The position numbers were made by a program, and so were the translations under genes. Positions 31,908 through 33,324 of a stretch of DNA of 33,324 nucleotides are shown here, one piece after another. The number at the start of each line of letters is the position of its first letter. Position 1 is the stretch's first letter. Source of the DNA: Nocardioidaceae bacterium (lineage in GTDB: Bacteria > Actinomycetota > Actinomycetes > Propionibacteriales > Nocardioidaceae); contig JACCVA010000082.1 in NCBI GenBank assembly GCA_013698435.1, positions 1-33,324 of the forward strand, in the 5' to 3' direction. The notes beneath the pieces are model-generated. The model was not told the DNA's origin and did no database searches. It saw only the letters and a program-made list of their open reading frames with translations.

Positions 31908-33324
31908 TCAGGCGCCTTCGTGGTCGTGGACGACGTAGGTGCCGCCGTGGGGGCTGGTCCAGGCGGTGGTGTGGGGGTCGTGCGGGTCGGTGACGCGTGT
32001 CCACTCGAGGTGGGTGCGGAGGCGGTGATGTTGTCGTCGCAGTGGTTGGGCGTTGGGCACTACCGTCTGTCCGGGCGGGTCTGGCCCGTCGGCGTCGCCG
32101 AACTGGTAGGGGACCAAGTGGTCGGTGTCGCATCTGGCGGCCGCGGTGGTGGCGCCGGGGAACGTGGAGATGGGGTGCAGGGTCGCGATGGTCTCGGTCT
32201 GGGCTCGGGTGAACCGGTAGGTGCCGGCGTCGAGGAACAGTACGGAGTCGTCGGCCGGGTCGGTGAACACGCGGCGCAAGGTGGTGGTTGCCGACTCGAG
32301 GGTCAGCCGTCGTGCTTGGTGGGCGGTGATGGGGCCGTAGCCGGCGAGCTCGCAGCTGTCGTCGTCGAGCCGGAGCAAGGTGTCGGCGGACATGTGCACA
32401 CGCAGCTCGGTGCGGGCGGGCAGGAAGTGTGAGGGGTCGGCCACCGTCGGCAGCTGCGGCCGACCCTGGTGCGCAGCGTCTGCCCGGCCTGTGCTGCGAC
32501 AGCCGGCCCCGTCTGCCGGGCTGGCACCGTTTGCCGGGTGGGGGATGAGCGCGGCGCCGGTGAGTGGGTGCTGTCCGAGCAGCAGATGTGCTGCGGCGTC
32601 TGCCTTGTGGGCGTCGAGACCAGTGTGGGGGTCGGTGAGCCGACGCCGCCGGGCCCAGGCGTCGAGGTGGTCGTCGATGACGCACATGGTGTCGAGATCG
32701 TGGTTGAACGTGAACGCTGCAACGCCGTCGCCGAGGGGGAACATCGCGGTGGAGCGGTGGTCGTACTCGTGCTGGTGGCGACGCCGCATGCCCTCGGGGT
32801 CGGCCTTGGCGACGAGCCGCTTGGCCAGGATGCGCAGCCGAGGTGGGGTTCTGGTCTGGGCTGCGGCGGCCAGCTTGGCGTCAAGTGTGTCGACCGTGGC
32901 CAGGCTCAGCTGGCGGGTGGCTTCACTTATCACCTTGGCATGGGCGTAGGTGATGCGGCCGCCACCGAAGTCGTTGTTGGTCTGCGGCAGCCGGTAGCGC
33001 AGGTCGAGGCCAACCGCGACCAGGTCGCGGGCAGCGTGCTCGCTGCAGCTGATCGCCAGTGCGAGCTCGGCGAACACCGATTCGGGGACCTCGGGGGTGT
33101 CGACCCCGCCGACCGGCAGCATCGCAATGCCCCCGCGGGCCAGACCTGCGTTGAGTACCAGCGGGTCGCAACACTCTCGGAGAGCAAACGCAGACGCCGT
33201 CTTGCAGCGCAGCCAGTCCAGCGTCGCGGTGCAGGACGCCAGCTCGTGCGCCAGCTCCAGCTGGTCGTGCGCCTCCAACGCGTCGGCGCGGGCGTCGAGC
33301 ACCGACGCGTAGCGGGGCAGCTGA
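31908..33324 (-). CDS. DUF222 / HNH endonuclease family protein (13E12-repeat-like); the N-terminus may lie beyond the right edge
   Basis: The C-terminal HNH region (about 32010-32168) reads STFPGATTAAARCDTDHLVPY...NAQPLRRQHHRLRTH, and the N-terminal helical region is DUF222-like. The first in-window start is GTG 33302, but the frame stays open to position 33324. Confidence 0.75.
   Translation of the reverse strand, partial: QLPRYASVLDARADALEAHDQLELAHELASCTATLDWLRCKTASAFALRECCDPLVLNAGLARGGIAMLPVGGVDTPEVPESVFAELALAISCSEHAARDLVAVGLDLRYRLPQTNNDFGGGRITYAHAKVISEATRQLSLATVDTLDAKLAAAAQTRTPPRLRILAKRLVAKADPEGMRRRHQHEYDHRSTAMFPLGDGVAAFTFNHDLDTMCVIDDHLDAWARRRRLTDPHTGLDAHKADAAAHLLLGQHPLTGAALIPHPANGASPADGAGCRSTGRADAAHQGRPQLPTVADPSHFLPARTELRVHMSADTLLRLDDDSCELAGYGPITAHQARRLTLESATTTLRRVFTDPADDSVLFLDAGTYRFTRAQTETIATLHPISTFPGATTAAARCDTDHLVPYQFGDADGPDPPGQTVVPNAQPLRRQHHRLRTHLEWTRVTDPHDPHTTAWTSPHGGTYVVHDHEGA

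Noticed and set aside
31864-32884. Two Pro/Arg-rich minus-strand ORFs (273 aa at 31864-32685 and 193 aa at 32303-32884), and plus-strand ORFs inside the HNH gene.
   Set aside because: These are alternative frames of the DUF222/HNH gene. Only the 31908-33302+ frame carries the DH...N...HH nuclease motif.

Overview
This is a very GC-rich actinobacterial chromosomal core segment. I cannot name the genus from sequence alone. Gene order follows the conserved actinobacterial ileS-lspA-dnaE / his / trp / lgt / gltBD neighbourhood, comparable to M. tuberculosis Rv1536-Rv1614 and the S. coelicolor SCO2076-SCO2025 region.

Left to right:
- ileS, 5' part on the minus strand (missing from the ORF track), with a T-box leader
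- a histone-H1-like/DksA zinc-finger fusion (DdbA-like), lspA, rluD, a GNAT and dnaE1
- two membrane proteins, one with a silk-like GPGGYGPQ repeat
- a LON N-domain protein (minus strand)
- hisD-hisC-hisB-hisH
- a three-gene non-his insert: lipoprotein, small basic membrane protein, and a minus-strand spermidine-synthase-like methyltransferase
- priA-hisF-hisI
- a Trp-associated membrane protein, an HGxxPAAW mini-protein and trpC-trpB-trpA, with no trpE
- an SCO1/SenC lipoprotein, lgt, a VIT-family transporter and a two-HKD phospholipase D
- gltB-gltD
- a DUF222/HNH gene (minus strand) that runs to the right edge

I saw no rRNA, tRNA, CRISPR array, IS element or recognisable defence island. 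I did not find a convincing multi-gene novel system.

The items most worth a second look are:
- the lipoprotein/membrane-protein pair that is translationally chained into the hisDCBH operon and splits it
- the hand-foldable translational T-box upstream of ileS
- the missing trpE
- the DdbA-like fusion
- the silk-like repeat protein
- the HNH protein that appears to have lost three of four zinc ligands

The many long antisense or out-of-frame ORFs in the track are explained by GC3 bias and are rejected.
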